A stretch of DNA of 28,744 nt from a virus (lineage: Duplodnaviria; Caudoviricetes). This document shows, piece by piece, positions 16,606 to 25,200 of the stretch. Where the stretch lies: positions 1-28,744 of the IMG/VR virus record IMGVR_UViG_3300032245_000701. One strand, 5' to 3'. The notes beneath the pieces are model-generated. The model saw nothing but the letters and a program-made list of their open reading frames with translations, did no database searches and was not told where the DNA came from. How positions within the stretch are numbered: position 1 is the first letter of the stretch; the number at the start of each line of letters is the position of its first letter. Position numbers and translations under genes: made by a program.

Positions 16606-16736
16606 TAGCGTATGTCCTCGGTGTGTTTATGTTTAACACTCTTTTTAAGAATCTTAAACCAAGCCTTTTTCTCTTTGGCAGTATCGTGTGCAAAGATGGC
16701 TTTATACATCTTTTTTCTTAATTTGCGTAGTTTCAT
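16605..16736 (-). CDS. Small Lys/Arg-rich protein, 43 aa (absent from the ORF track)
   Basis: MKLRKLRKKMYKAIFAHDTAKEKKAWFKILKKSVKHKHTEDIR*; ATGA overlap with the upstream gene and TAATG overlap with iscU. Confidence 0.75.
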   Translation of the reverse strand: MKLRKLRKKMYKAIFAHDTAKEKKAWFKILKKSVKHKHTEDIR

Positions 16737-17059
16737 TGTGTACAGGTTCTTGTGCGTGTTATAGTACCATCAGGATTTAATATTTCAGTCCAAGGACTGC
16801 ATGGCAGTTGTTGTACAACCACCGGTGGATTTACAATATTACCATTTACATAAACTGGAGGTTGTTGATCGATAATAACTGGTTGATTGCGAGCAAGTTG
16901 ATACCCAATCACTCCACCAACAATGGTGGGTGCTACCCACATCCAACCATTGGCTCCGCCCCGTTGCCAATGCCCGTGGTGATGATGATATGGTTGGTAT
17001 GGTTGAGCCAGGGCTGTTGTACCAACCAAAATCAAAATCAATGCTAGAATTCTTTTCAT
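16733..17059 (-). CDS. Small secreted/membrane protein (signal peptide, His run, Gly-rich hydrophobic segment, Pro/Val-rich tail)
   Basis: MKRILALILILVGTTALA-Q signal peptide; SD AAGGAG before the ATG at 17059; C-terminal Cys pair. Confidence 0.75.
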   Translation of the reverse strand: MKRILALILILVGTTALAQPYQPYHHHHGHWQRGGANGWMWVAPTIVGGVIGYQLARNQPVIIDQQPPVYVNGNIVNPPVVVQQLPCSPWTEILNPDGTITRTRTCTQ

Positions 17060-17128
17060 AACTATCTCCTTTAAGACTATACATATACAACGCCACAAAG
17101 GGCAGAAATGTTTACTGTCTTACACAGT

Positions 17129-17164
17129 TATTTACATTATACAGGAATTAACTGCGATTTGCAA
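17129..17164 (-). promoter_or_regulatory. Tandem promoter: sigma70 TTGCAA-17bp-TATAAT followed by GTAAATA
   Basis: -35 at 17159-17164, -10 at 17136-17141, TAAATA at 17129-17134; heads the iscU-containing unit. Confidence 0.65.
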
Positions 17165-17552
17165 TGGCTTTGTTAGCCATACTGGAAACAACTTTTTCTG
17201 GTTCGGATTTAACTGCTTCAGCATCGCCTGCTAGGTCATCCGAATCGTCCATTGGTGTTAGGTATACATATTTGATACCTGTGTTTTCATCGTCCTTGAT
17301 GTTTGCAATCAAATTCTTGACCACTTCGTTGGTCTTGAATGCATTCATTAGACTGGAGTTGCTGAAAGTTTCGCTGTCGCTGTGCATGTTGATCATGTTG
17401 ATCAAACTGTCAACACGAACACGAGGTACTAGATGTTTGCCTGCACTTTGATTTCTTAGGAATTCCAAAGTGGTGATAAGGTCCATATCGCCACGAGCAT
17501 CTGCCTCGTCTTCGATAATGTCCTCATCATAAACAAATTCATTTAAACGCAT
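17148..17552 (-). CDS. Hypothetical protein, putative head-associated
   Basis: MRLNEF..IIE N-terminus; coupled to the upstream gene by TAATG. Confidence 0.7.
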   Translation of the reverse strand: MRLNEFVYDEDIIEDEADARGDMDLITTLEFLRNQSAGKHLVPRVRVDSLINMINMHSDSETFSNSSLMNAFKTNEVVKNLIANIKDDENTGIKYVYLTPMDDSDDLAGDAEAVKSEPEKVVSSMANKAIANRS

Positions 17553-18259
17553 TATCTGCGCTCTCTGCCCAATTCTGCTTCGCCGCCAGCGGCTGCATCG
17601 GTGGCCGCAAATGCATCACCCTCGGGAGCTGATCCGCCGGGAACTTCACCTGCTGCCATACCAGCCAATTCGTCGTTACCTAGACCGCCTGCGCCGGGCA
17701 TACCACCTATGCCCATGTCCATGCCAGACTCTTGTTCACCGGCCAACACACGAGCGGCTGAGTCAGCTGACTCACGACCTTGTTGTAGTGTTTGTGCAAG
17801 ATCTTGTAGGATCGGGCTAACTGCGTTCTTGAAGCCATCGGCCTTTTCTGAACTGATTTGATCACGGATTGTGTCTAGTAGGGCAGGCATCTGCTCGTTC
17901 TGCATCTTGCTGATTTTTTCCAACATGTCTTGGATTTCATCAACCATGCTCTTGGCCGCAAGGATTGCTTCACTTTTGGCCATTTCGCTTTCAATGATGA
18001 AGTGACGCTTATTCTCAGCCATCCAGCTGTGAATGCCTTCACGTACCATTAGCATCTCCATATACTTGGGATTCTTCTCAGCAACATGGATGCCGTGTGT
18101 GCGTTTAATCGTTTCCAAGCCTTCTGTGATACCAGTGGCTAGACTGTAAGCCTTTTTAAAGGTCATGTTATCAAAGTCAATTTTAAAGCCAAAGCGGCTT
18201 TCTGTAACTTTGTTTATTTTCTTTGGTGTTGGCTTGTAGCCCAAATCATTTAGTTTCAT
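17552..18259 (-). CDS. Helical acidic protein, possible prohead core/scaffold component
   Basis: MKLNDL..VTES, IIESE, long amphipathic helices, G/A/M-rich acidic tail ending LGRERR; ATAAATA at 18289-18295 upstream. Confidence 0.6.
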   Translation of the reverse strand: MKLNDLGYKPTPKKINKVTESRFGFKIDFDNMTFKKAYSLATGITEGLETIKRTHGIHVAEKNPKYMEMLMVREGIHSWMAENKRHFIIESEMAKSEAILAAKSMVDEIQDMLEKISKMQNEQMPALLDTIRDQISSEKADGFKNAVSPILQDLAQTLQQGRESADSAARVLAGEQESGMDMGIGGMPGAGGLGNDELAGMAAGEVPGGSAPEGDAFAATDAAAGGEAELGRERR

Positions 18260-18821
18260 AGTTGTTTCCAGTTTCCCAAACTTTTAAGTATTTATTCATT
18301 CTTAAAGTTTTTTCTAATTCATTTCGGGCTTGGGGCAATAGAAACTGTGCATCATAGTACCTAGCCGCTAGTATGTCTATAGTAGCGTAATCTTGGCGTT
18401 TTCCTGCCGCCTGCATACATCTACTATAGTGCTGAAAATCAGCCTCTAACTTACTTAGCCTATAATCAGCCATAAGTATATCATCTGCAGGTTTAAATCG
18501 TTTTAGTTGATACAAAATACTATAGGCCACCGCACTCCTAACATCTAAAAATTGCTCTATAACTTCACCATGATAATTATGCAATTCCCAAGCTAAGTTA
18601 CGATTTTTAGCCACTTGATGTTTTCCAACTTGGTACCCATTTTTCAAAGGCATAATAATAGGAACTGCATCTGTTTGTATGATGCGATGGGCTTCTGCTC
18701 GGGCCCACGATTTAACATAAGTGCTAACTAAATCTGTAACAGTTTTAACTGTTTCTTCTCTGACTAGCTTTTCTGCTTGATGTTTAATCTTTAATTTTTT
18801 TGATGTACGAGATTTTGCCAT
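18246..18821 (-). CDS. Hypothetical protein
   Basis: 191-aa ORF in the operon, overlapping both neighbours. Confidence 0.75.
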   Translation of the reverse strand: MAKSRTSKKLKIKHQAEKLVREETVKTVTDLVSTYVKSWARAEAHRIIQTDAVPIIMPLKNGYQVGKHQVAKNRNLAWELHNYHGEVIEQFLDVRSAVAYSILYQLKRFKPADDILMADYRLSKLEADFQHYSRCMQAAGKRQDYATIDILAARYYDAQFLLPQARNELEKTLRMNKYLKVWETGNNYETK

Positions 18822-18996
18822 CTTGATTTTTTCGAAGTAATACGTCTTTATTGACTAGTTGATTGGCTATGTATATTTCACGCTCGTTGAGTTCACGGCG
18901 TTCAATGGGATCTGTTTTGAATTTTTCTAGCACTTCCGCTTCTTCGTTTGTAATTGGAAGCTGTAGTTTGCCGCCGGCAATTTCTACTATTTTCAT
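18784..18996 (-). CDS. Small hypothetical protein (possible winged-helix-like)
   Basis: 70 aa; ITNEEAEVL..LNEREIYIANQLVNKDVLLR pattern; ATGA-coupled. Confidence 0.7.
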   Translation of the reverse strand: MKIVEIAGGKLQLPITNEEAEVLEKFKTDPIERRELNEREIYIANQLVNKDVLLRKNQDGKISYIKKIKD

Positions 18997-19250
18997 TTTT
19001 GTGCTAGATGTATAACTAGGGCAACAATAGCAGTGATTAGTACACCAATTATGGTTGTGCCGATGGCAATTAATTGCTTGCTTTGGCCGTTGCTGGACTG
19101 TTCAATTGCTTCTTTAATGTCCACAATGTGTCCTTCAATTTTTTCCATCCGGGTTTCAACCCCTATAAGTCTCTTGTCCAATTGGTCATACCTTTCAGCG
19201 CAAAGTTCTACGTGCGCCTCAAGGCTTTTCTTTTCAATATCGGTGGCCAT
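18993..19250 (-). CDS. Coiled-coil protein with C-terminal TM helix (XhlA/holin-like architecture)
   Basis: LEAHVELCAERY, heptad repeats, TM LIAIGTTIIGVLITAIVALVI; SD GGAG. Confidence 0.7.
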   Translation of the reverse strand: MATDIEKKSLEAHVELCAERYDQLDKRLIGVETRMEKIEGHIVDIKEAIEQSSNGQSKQLIAIGTTIIGVLITAIVALVIHLAQK

Positions 19251-19347
19251 ACTCCAGATTCGCTTTCATAATATGAGCGATGCATTTTCTTTGTGCCTAA
19301 AGTAAGCCGTAATTGTGAGCCTTAATGGTGCCGTAGCATCAGTGTAG

Positions 19348-19354
19348 TATTTAG
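19348..19354 (-). promoter_or_regulatory. Late-type promoter CTAAATA
   Basis: Starts the roughly 95-nt leader of 18993..19250. Confidence 0.55.
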
Positions 19355-19383
19355 TATTTCTATTAAAATGACACAAACAATGT

Positions 19384-19818
19384 TTATCTTAGTGAGCCAG
19401 ACTTGAATGCGATGTTCTTGATAGCACCGTGACTGTAAAAAATGGGCAGTATGAATCGGGCGGTTTCATCTAGTCCTGTTATAACAGGCACTTGATTAAA
19501 GTCTTCTTCTAGCAGTGCCAATTGATTGTTGTCTTTTTTATATACATCTCTATGTTCAATACTGACTCCCACAGCCCATATACGCTGTTCTCCCAAGTAC
19601 ATATCCCCAAACAAATTTTTAACAACAAATTCTTCAACCATGTCTGTTATAGGACCATCAACTATGGTGGGTTGAGCTCTTATGCCTAACACCTGTAATA
19701 CTGTTTCCCAATTCCGCTGTTGATCACGGAGACGCTCTTCGCCTTCGTAGTTACGAGTTATGCCGGTGTTGGTGATATCTACCAGTGTAATTATTGTAAA
19801 GTATTCTAGGTTGCTCAT
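19384..19818 (-). CDS. Hypothetical protein (probable start MSNLE at 19818)
   Basis: TLVDITNTG..RDQQRNWETVLQVLGIRAQP; the track's ATG at 19836 abuts the terminator U-tract, and ATAAGTA lies 5 nt before 19818. Confidence 0.7.
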   Translation of the reverse strand: MSNLEYFTIITLVDITNTGITRNYEGEERLRDQQRNWETVLQVLGIRAQPTIVDGPITDMVEEFVVKNLFGDMYLGEQRIWAVGVSIEHRDVYKKDNNQLALLEEDFNQVPVITGLDETARFILPIFYSHGAIKNIAFKSGSLR

Positions 19819-19836
19819 GCTAATACTTATGGCCAT

Positions 19837-19862
19837 AAAAAAAGCACAGTATAAACTGTGCT
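19837..19862 (-). terminator. Intrinsic terminator
   Basis: AGCACAGT-TTAT-ACTGTGCT followed by a T-tract on the minus strand, after 19886..20251. Confidence 0.8.
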
Positions 19863-19885
19863 CTTTTCTTCAACTTAATTAAGAA

Positions 19886-20251
19886 TTAAGCGAATGTGTT
19901 GCCACTTAGACCATTGTACACAGTGAAACGTGCGGCGCTGGAACCCAACGATACGTTTGCATCTGCATTCAATTGTGCTACAATAGCTGTACCACCGCTT
20001 TGGTCTGCTGAACTGTCACCAACTGTTGTTGGAAGACCTTCAACAACGAACATAACGTTGTTAGAAGCTGGAGTACCAACTACAGAAATTGTGCTGTACT
20101 TAGACAAAATACGTGCCACTTTTTCCAAGTCACTGTCAGCGGCTGTGTAGCCTGTTTCAATGCTTGTAGATGTGCATTTTACCCACTTTAGGTCACGACC
20201 GAAAAATTCACCGGCTAATGCGCCGCCGTTTGCTCTTGTAAATGTTGCCAT
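19886..20251 (-). CDS. Small, probably highly expressed virion protein (decoration-like)
   Basis: 121 aa, A/G/T/S-rich; own ATAAATA promoter, 5' hairpin (GGC-GTAA-GCC), SD AAGGA and terminator. Function inferred. Confidence 0.65.
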   Translation of the reverse strand: MATFTRANGGALAGEFFGRDLKWVKCTSTSIETGYTAADSDLEKVARILSKYSTISVVGTPASNNVMFVVEGLPTTVGDSSADQSGGTAIVAQLNADANVSLGSSAARFTVYNGLSGNTFA

Positions 20252-20293
20252 TTTATTTTCCTTTAAATTATATGGGCTTACGCCTCATGCAAA

Positions 20294-20300
20294 TATTTAT
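20294..20300 (-). promoter_or_regulatory. Late-type promoter ATAAATA
   Basis: About 43 nt upstream of the ATG at 20251. Confidence 0.6.
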
Positions 20301-20323
20301 CATCTAGATAAAAAAACTGTCAG

Positions 20324-21388
20324 TTACTTGTTGAAGTGCGCCGCGCCAAAGCCTGCGCGATTTACCAGTTTAATTAAACCTTGACTGGTGGGAAATACAA
20401 AGCCTTCGCCAGCTTGTTGTCCACCAGTCCACTGTTCAAAGCCTTTGACCTGCGGTTCCAGCTGTTGACACAAGTTGTCCTTGAGGCGGTAAATTGCGTT
20501 CCAAATAGCAAAAACAGCATGGAGTCCTGCTTCGTTTTGCATCAAATAACCATCGTTATTAGCACCTATTAGTAACTGCACTTGTTTGTTGCTGACATTG
20601 CTCTGTAACCAGGTGGCTAGTTCATCATTGGTTTGCTTGGTAATCTTCTTGTTCATGTAGGTTTGAATCGCAGACTTTACTGTGCCAGCAAGACCAGCCA
20701 TAAAATCGTCTGCTAACTTGCCCTGTGTGGCCACTGCTTTTTCTGCATCCGACAACAACTTAACAGGGTTTTTTAGCGTAAATGTAATGCCTGCTGTGGG
20801 CGTTAGTATAGCAACATTGCCAGCATTAGTTAATCCTGTTTTGCCATCCCACGGAGCATCATTGAATTGATGCACAACTATGCCGCCCACTTTACCTGCA
20901 ATTAATTTACCCAGGGCACTGGTTACGGGAATTCGATACTCAACTGTGGTGGGCTTAAAAATGTACTTGCCTTCAATGGGTTCTAGTACACCGGTCCACA
21001 TCAAGTCGCCTTTAAACAGGCCCTGGGTGGATCCTACTGCGGCTTCTAGTCCTGCCCAAATTAGCTCAATCTTGGCATACAAGTCACTGCGGTCTGCGCC
21101 ACGTTGACGATCGTACTCTACCCAGGCTTGTGGACTAGTGGGATAAACACCCTTGGCTGGCATGTACTTGTCAGCGCATACAAACTGGCCTGCCGCATTG
21201 CGACCAAAGAATAATGCAATGCCGCCATCCCATTTGATGCTTCCTGCGCCGGGACGGGCAATAATTTCTTTTAGTGCGCCAATGGACTTGGTTGCGGCCG
21301 CACTACCTGCAAAGATACTGTCCTCGGGGTGCGGAATACGCGGACCTTCTCCGGCCTCAAATATATAATCTAAAAAATCTAATTTCAT
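20324..21388 (-). CDS. ATP-dependent ligase-superfamily (KxDG) protein, DUF6267-like
   Basis: SIKWDG (motif I Lys), FKGDLMW (motif III-like), GEGFVF (motif IV), IKLVNR (motif V-like), N-terminal HPED. Confidence 0.7.
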   Translation of the reverse strand: MKLDFLDYIFEAGEGPRIPHPEDSIFAGSAAATKSIGALKEIIARPGAGSIKWDGGIALFFGRNAAGQFVCADKYMPAKGVYPTSPQAWVEYDRQRGADRSDLYAKIELIWAGLEAAVGSTQGLFKGDLMWTGVLEPIEGKYIFKPTTVEYRIPVTSALGKLIAGKVGGIVVHQFNDAPWDGKTGLTNAGNVAILTPTAGITFTLKNPVKLLSDAEKAVATQGKLADDFMAGLAGTVKSAIQTYMNKKITKQTNDELATWLQSNVSNKQVQLLIGANNDGYLMQNEAGLHAVFAIWNAIYRLKDNLCQQLEPQVKGFEQWTGGQQAGEGFVFPTSQGLIKLVNRAGFGAAHFNK

Positions 21389-22212
21389 ATGCGATCAGCC
21401 ATAACACGGAACCAATTGGCCGAGCCAGCTGTGGGTGCCGATTCGGGAAGTTGTACGCCACTTTGACCCAAGGTTTCGCGGGCCGCGGCCGTGATTGTTT
21501 GGTAGTCGGGACGCCGTTGTATGGCCGCAACGATTTTATCTGCCGATCCTAAATTAGCCAATGGGATGCCTGTTATTTGACTTAATGTTTGTGGATCCTT
21601 GCCACCTTCAATAGTTTGATTTGTAGCACGGTCAACAAGTCCATGTTTGTAACTCCATTTTAGTTCAGGGGCAACAGCGTTAACTATGCTAGACAGAATG
21701 ATATGACGACTCATGCCAGTGTATTGATCACCTTGTCGAGCACCTTTCATAGCAAATGCTTGCCACTTAGGGTCGCCAAACATAAAGTCTGTTTGTGCAA
21801 ATCCATTTTTAGGATTGCCGTTAATAGGTGTTTTAAAGTGTACACTGTCACCAGTTAACTCTACCCAACCCTCTTTCCAGGCAGGGGCCGATTTTGTTTT
21901 GGCACGATTGCGTATTTGATCTGCAGGAATACCTTGTTGCAGGCACCAGCGGCTCAATACATCTGCTAATACTTCCTTGGTAATGGCCTTATCATCAACT
22001 GACAAGTCCAAGTCCCCACTGCTGTCTTTGCGACCAGTGGACCCTAGCCATTTGGTAGGTACATCTTCCTCGTCCTTTTCTTCACTGAAATCCAATCCAG
22101 TGATTTTTTCTAGCCAGGCGATAGTGGTAGGGATTTCGGCACGAACAATACGGCGAGTGAGTTCAGCACCCTCGGGATTTTTAAATATGTTTCCACCTTC
22201 AGTTAACATCAT
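21385..22212 (-). CDS. Pol-beta-superfamily nucleotidyltransferase
   Basis: LGSTGRKDSSGDLDL (hGS..DhD) plus third carboxylate in QTDFM; ATGA-coupled on both sides. Confidence 0.8.
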   Translation of the reverse strand: MMLTEGGNIFKNPEGAELTRRIVRAEIPTTIAWLEKITGLDFSEEKDEEDVPTKWLGSTGRKDSSGDLDLSVDDKAITKEVLADVLSRWCLQQGIPADQIRNRAKTKSAPAWKEGWVELTGDSVHFKTPINGNPKNGFAQTDFMFGDPKWQAFAMKGARQGDQYTGMSRHIILSSIVNAVAPELKWSYKHGLVDRATNQTIEGGKDPQTLSQITGIPLANLGSADKIVAAIQRRPDYQTITAAARETLGQSGVQLPESAPTAGSANWFRVMADRI

Positions 22213-25200
22213 ACTCGTTGCTTCATCTTGCGTAGTAATGCGGCACTGTAGTCAATGCTGGCCGTAACTTTTTGTGGTTGTGTTACACCGCCACCGTTTA
22301 GTTTGGTTTGTAAGAAGCCGGCCGTTGCTGGAGCATTTTGCTGTGCTCGTTTGGCAGCTTGATCTTTCTTGAACTGATCCAAATCCAATGTGGTACCCTG
22401 TGGTTCTGGTTGTGCCGGTTGTGTGGTGGCATTGGTAGTGGCAGGTACAGCAGGTTTGGCCACAGCAGGAACACCTGTGGGCGCATTGATTGTGGTCTTG
22501 CCATACCCAGTCATTTGTTTGCCAAAGTTTGGCGTAGTCTGTGCGGGACCGCCTGCCGGAGGTGCACCCAACTGCTTGGTCATACGGTTCATCACATCAT
22601 TGGTTGCTGTTTGAGCTTGCTGTGTAGAAGCAGCCATTTGCCCTTGTGCTGTTTGTGCGGCAGCGGCCTGTTTGGCCTTGCGAATGTCTTCTGGACTCTG
22701 TCCAGCTGGCGCTGTAGTTGCGGCAGGAGCCGTTGCGGCTGTTGTTGCTGGAGTAGTAGTAGCGGCAGGTGGTTTTGCACCTGTCTTGGCCTGATTTCTA
22801 GCAATAGATTTCTCTGTTGCATCAACTGTGCCGTCTTTGTTAAGATCGCGCGGGTCTAGTGCGGCAGGTGTTTGTGCTGGAGGTGTTTGTGCTGGAGGTG
22901 TTTGTGCTGGAGGTGTTGCGCCTGGCTGTTGTGCCAAGGGTTTGCCTGTTTCAGTATCAAACTTCTGACCTGGCTTGATAGGTTTGCCGTCACTTTGTTT
23001 ACCTAGGTCGGGAGGTGTTGCGGCTGTAGTAGGCGCTGTTTGTCCCGCAGGTTGCTGTGTGCCACCCGGGGCTTGTTGTACTTGTGCAATTATCTTGGCA
23101 CTGGCTGGATCTTTGGGATCTAGTTTCTGACCACCAATTGATATTGGTTCTGCTTTGGCCGGTGCAGGTGGTTTAGCACCTGGTATTTCCCCTTGTGGAC
23201 CTGCAAGCGGCGCGGCTTTTTTGCCCTGAGCCAGAGCGGCCTGCTGATCGGCTTGTTTGTTCAACATGGCCGCTATGGCAGATGGTACTTCTTTGTTTTC
23301 TGCATCGTACCATTTTGCTCCAACTTTTTTGTAGGCATGTTCTTGGCCGAATTCGTCTTTGATCTTGACCGAGTCTTTGCCGGCGCCTTCACCTCCGGGC
23401 GCATAAGGGCCGCGTATCAAACTTTGTCCACTGGCGCCCATGCCCTTGCCGGACTGCACAGCTCTATTTAAATCGTTGACAGTATCTGCAACTGTGTTGC
23501 CAGCTTTAGTAAGTGTAGATCCAACAGCATCGCTGCCGCTTTTTACTGCGCCAAATGCGTCAACATCATTACCGGTGTCTGTGGTGCCCTGTGCTGTGGC
23601 AGGTGCTTGTCCCTGGGCTGTTGATGTTTGAGCTGTTGTTGAACGGGGTGCTACTCCGTATGCCTGCGGTGCGCTACCTTGACCATAACTGGGTTGTTGT
23701 CCCTGTGGTGCGCCTTGAGTCTGTGCGTCTTGCCCTGGCTGTACATCTTGTTTTGCATAAGGATTGGCTTCGCCTGTGGCTCCAACAGCATCTCCAGCTT
23801 GACTGGCACGAGCTGTATCAAATCCAGTTTGTTTACCTTGAGCAAATGCATCCTTGGTGCCGGCAATGGCACCTTTGACTCCGCCAATGGCGCCGCCAAT
23901 GGCTCCGGCAGCCTTGCCCAACAATCCTTGTCCAGGTGCTTTTGCTGGCGCCTCGGGTGCCTGTGTTACTGTGCTGGCACCTGTGGGTAGTCCTAGGTTC
24001 TGGAATATCTGATCAACTGTTTCCTGTGGTACCCCGGCGCTGACCATGATACCAGCAACTTGTCCCGAGTCAGTGGGGTTGCCGGCTTTTTTCCAGGCCT
24101 GTTGTAATTTGTCTGCTGTGACCTTGTTGGTCACATTGCCGGCTTTGGTCTTTAACCAATTGCCGGCTTTCTTAAACATGTCACCAATACCAGCTTCGGT
24201 CAAGTGAACACCACCGCGTGGCTTGCCCACTGATTCGTGTAGAATCCACATGCGAGCAGTCAGTTCTCGGTCAATGTATTCAATAACAGGAGTACCAGTG
24301 TTGACACGGCTCTGAGTCATCGTTTTAGCGGCCGCATTGTCGGCACGCCAGTTATCCAAGTTTGCACGAACCCGGCCAAATGCTTGGTCTTTGGCATCCG
24401 GACCTGTGAACTGCTGAGTTGAAGTATCGCCAGTGGCGCCAGCGGCTTTGGCCTGCTGATATACGGCATCGTCTACAGATCCACCGGTGGGTTGATTCGC
24501 CACCGGTGCTGATGTTTGTTGTGTTTGTTGTGTTTTTTGTGTTTGACCGCCACCCCAACCTGTGCCAGGACCCGAATCAAATTCATCGGGAATTTTGCTC
24601 TGCAACTGTTGTGCGGTCATGCCTGTAGTCTGTTCAATCTGTGCTCGTTCTTCAGGAGTACCAGCGGCCCATTGTGCGGCAGCATTTTCATCAGCGGCAC
24701 GATTAGCTTCTGCATCAGCGGCCGGCAACTGAGTCTGATTCTTGTTCTGCATGTAGGACTGAGCACCTTGTGCTATGGCTCCGGCTATACCGCCACCTGC
24801 GGCACCGAGTCCAGCACCCATGGCACCTTGCTTCAATGCGCCTTTTAGGCCTTCACCTTGCATGAGTCCTCTAACAGCACCAGTTAATCCACCCACCACA
24901 GTACCAGTGAGAGCGCCTGTGGCTGCCATGCCTAGTCCTAAGCCGGCAATGGCAGGACCAGCCACTGCTGTGGCAATGCCGCCCACTGCGGCCAACACCA
25001 TGGTTTGTACCACAGGATTCTTTGCGGCCTGTTTGACCAAGTCCATTAAACTCTGCTTGGCTTTGGGGTCTTGTATCTGTGCTATTTGTTCTTGTGCTTT
25101 TTGCTCAAAGCCTTCCACAGGGCCTGCATCGGCTGGCGGCAAACTGGCAATGAGTTTTTCTTTGTTTTGTGCCAACAGTTTGTTGGCAAGTTCTTTGACC

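Noticed and set aside
20308-20326. Terminator after the ligase-like gene (AACT-GAC-AGTT plus T-tract)
   Set aside because: The stem is too short and AT-rich to call with confidence.
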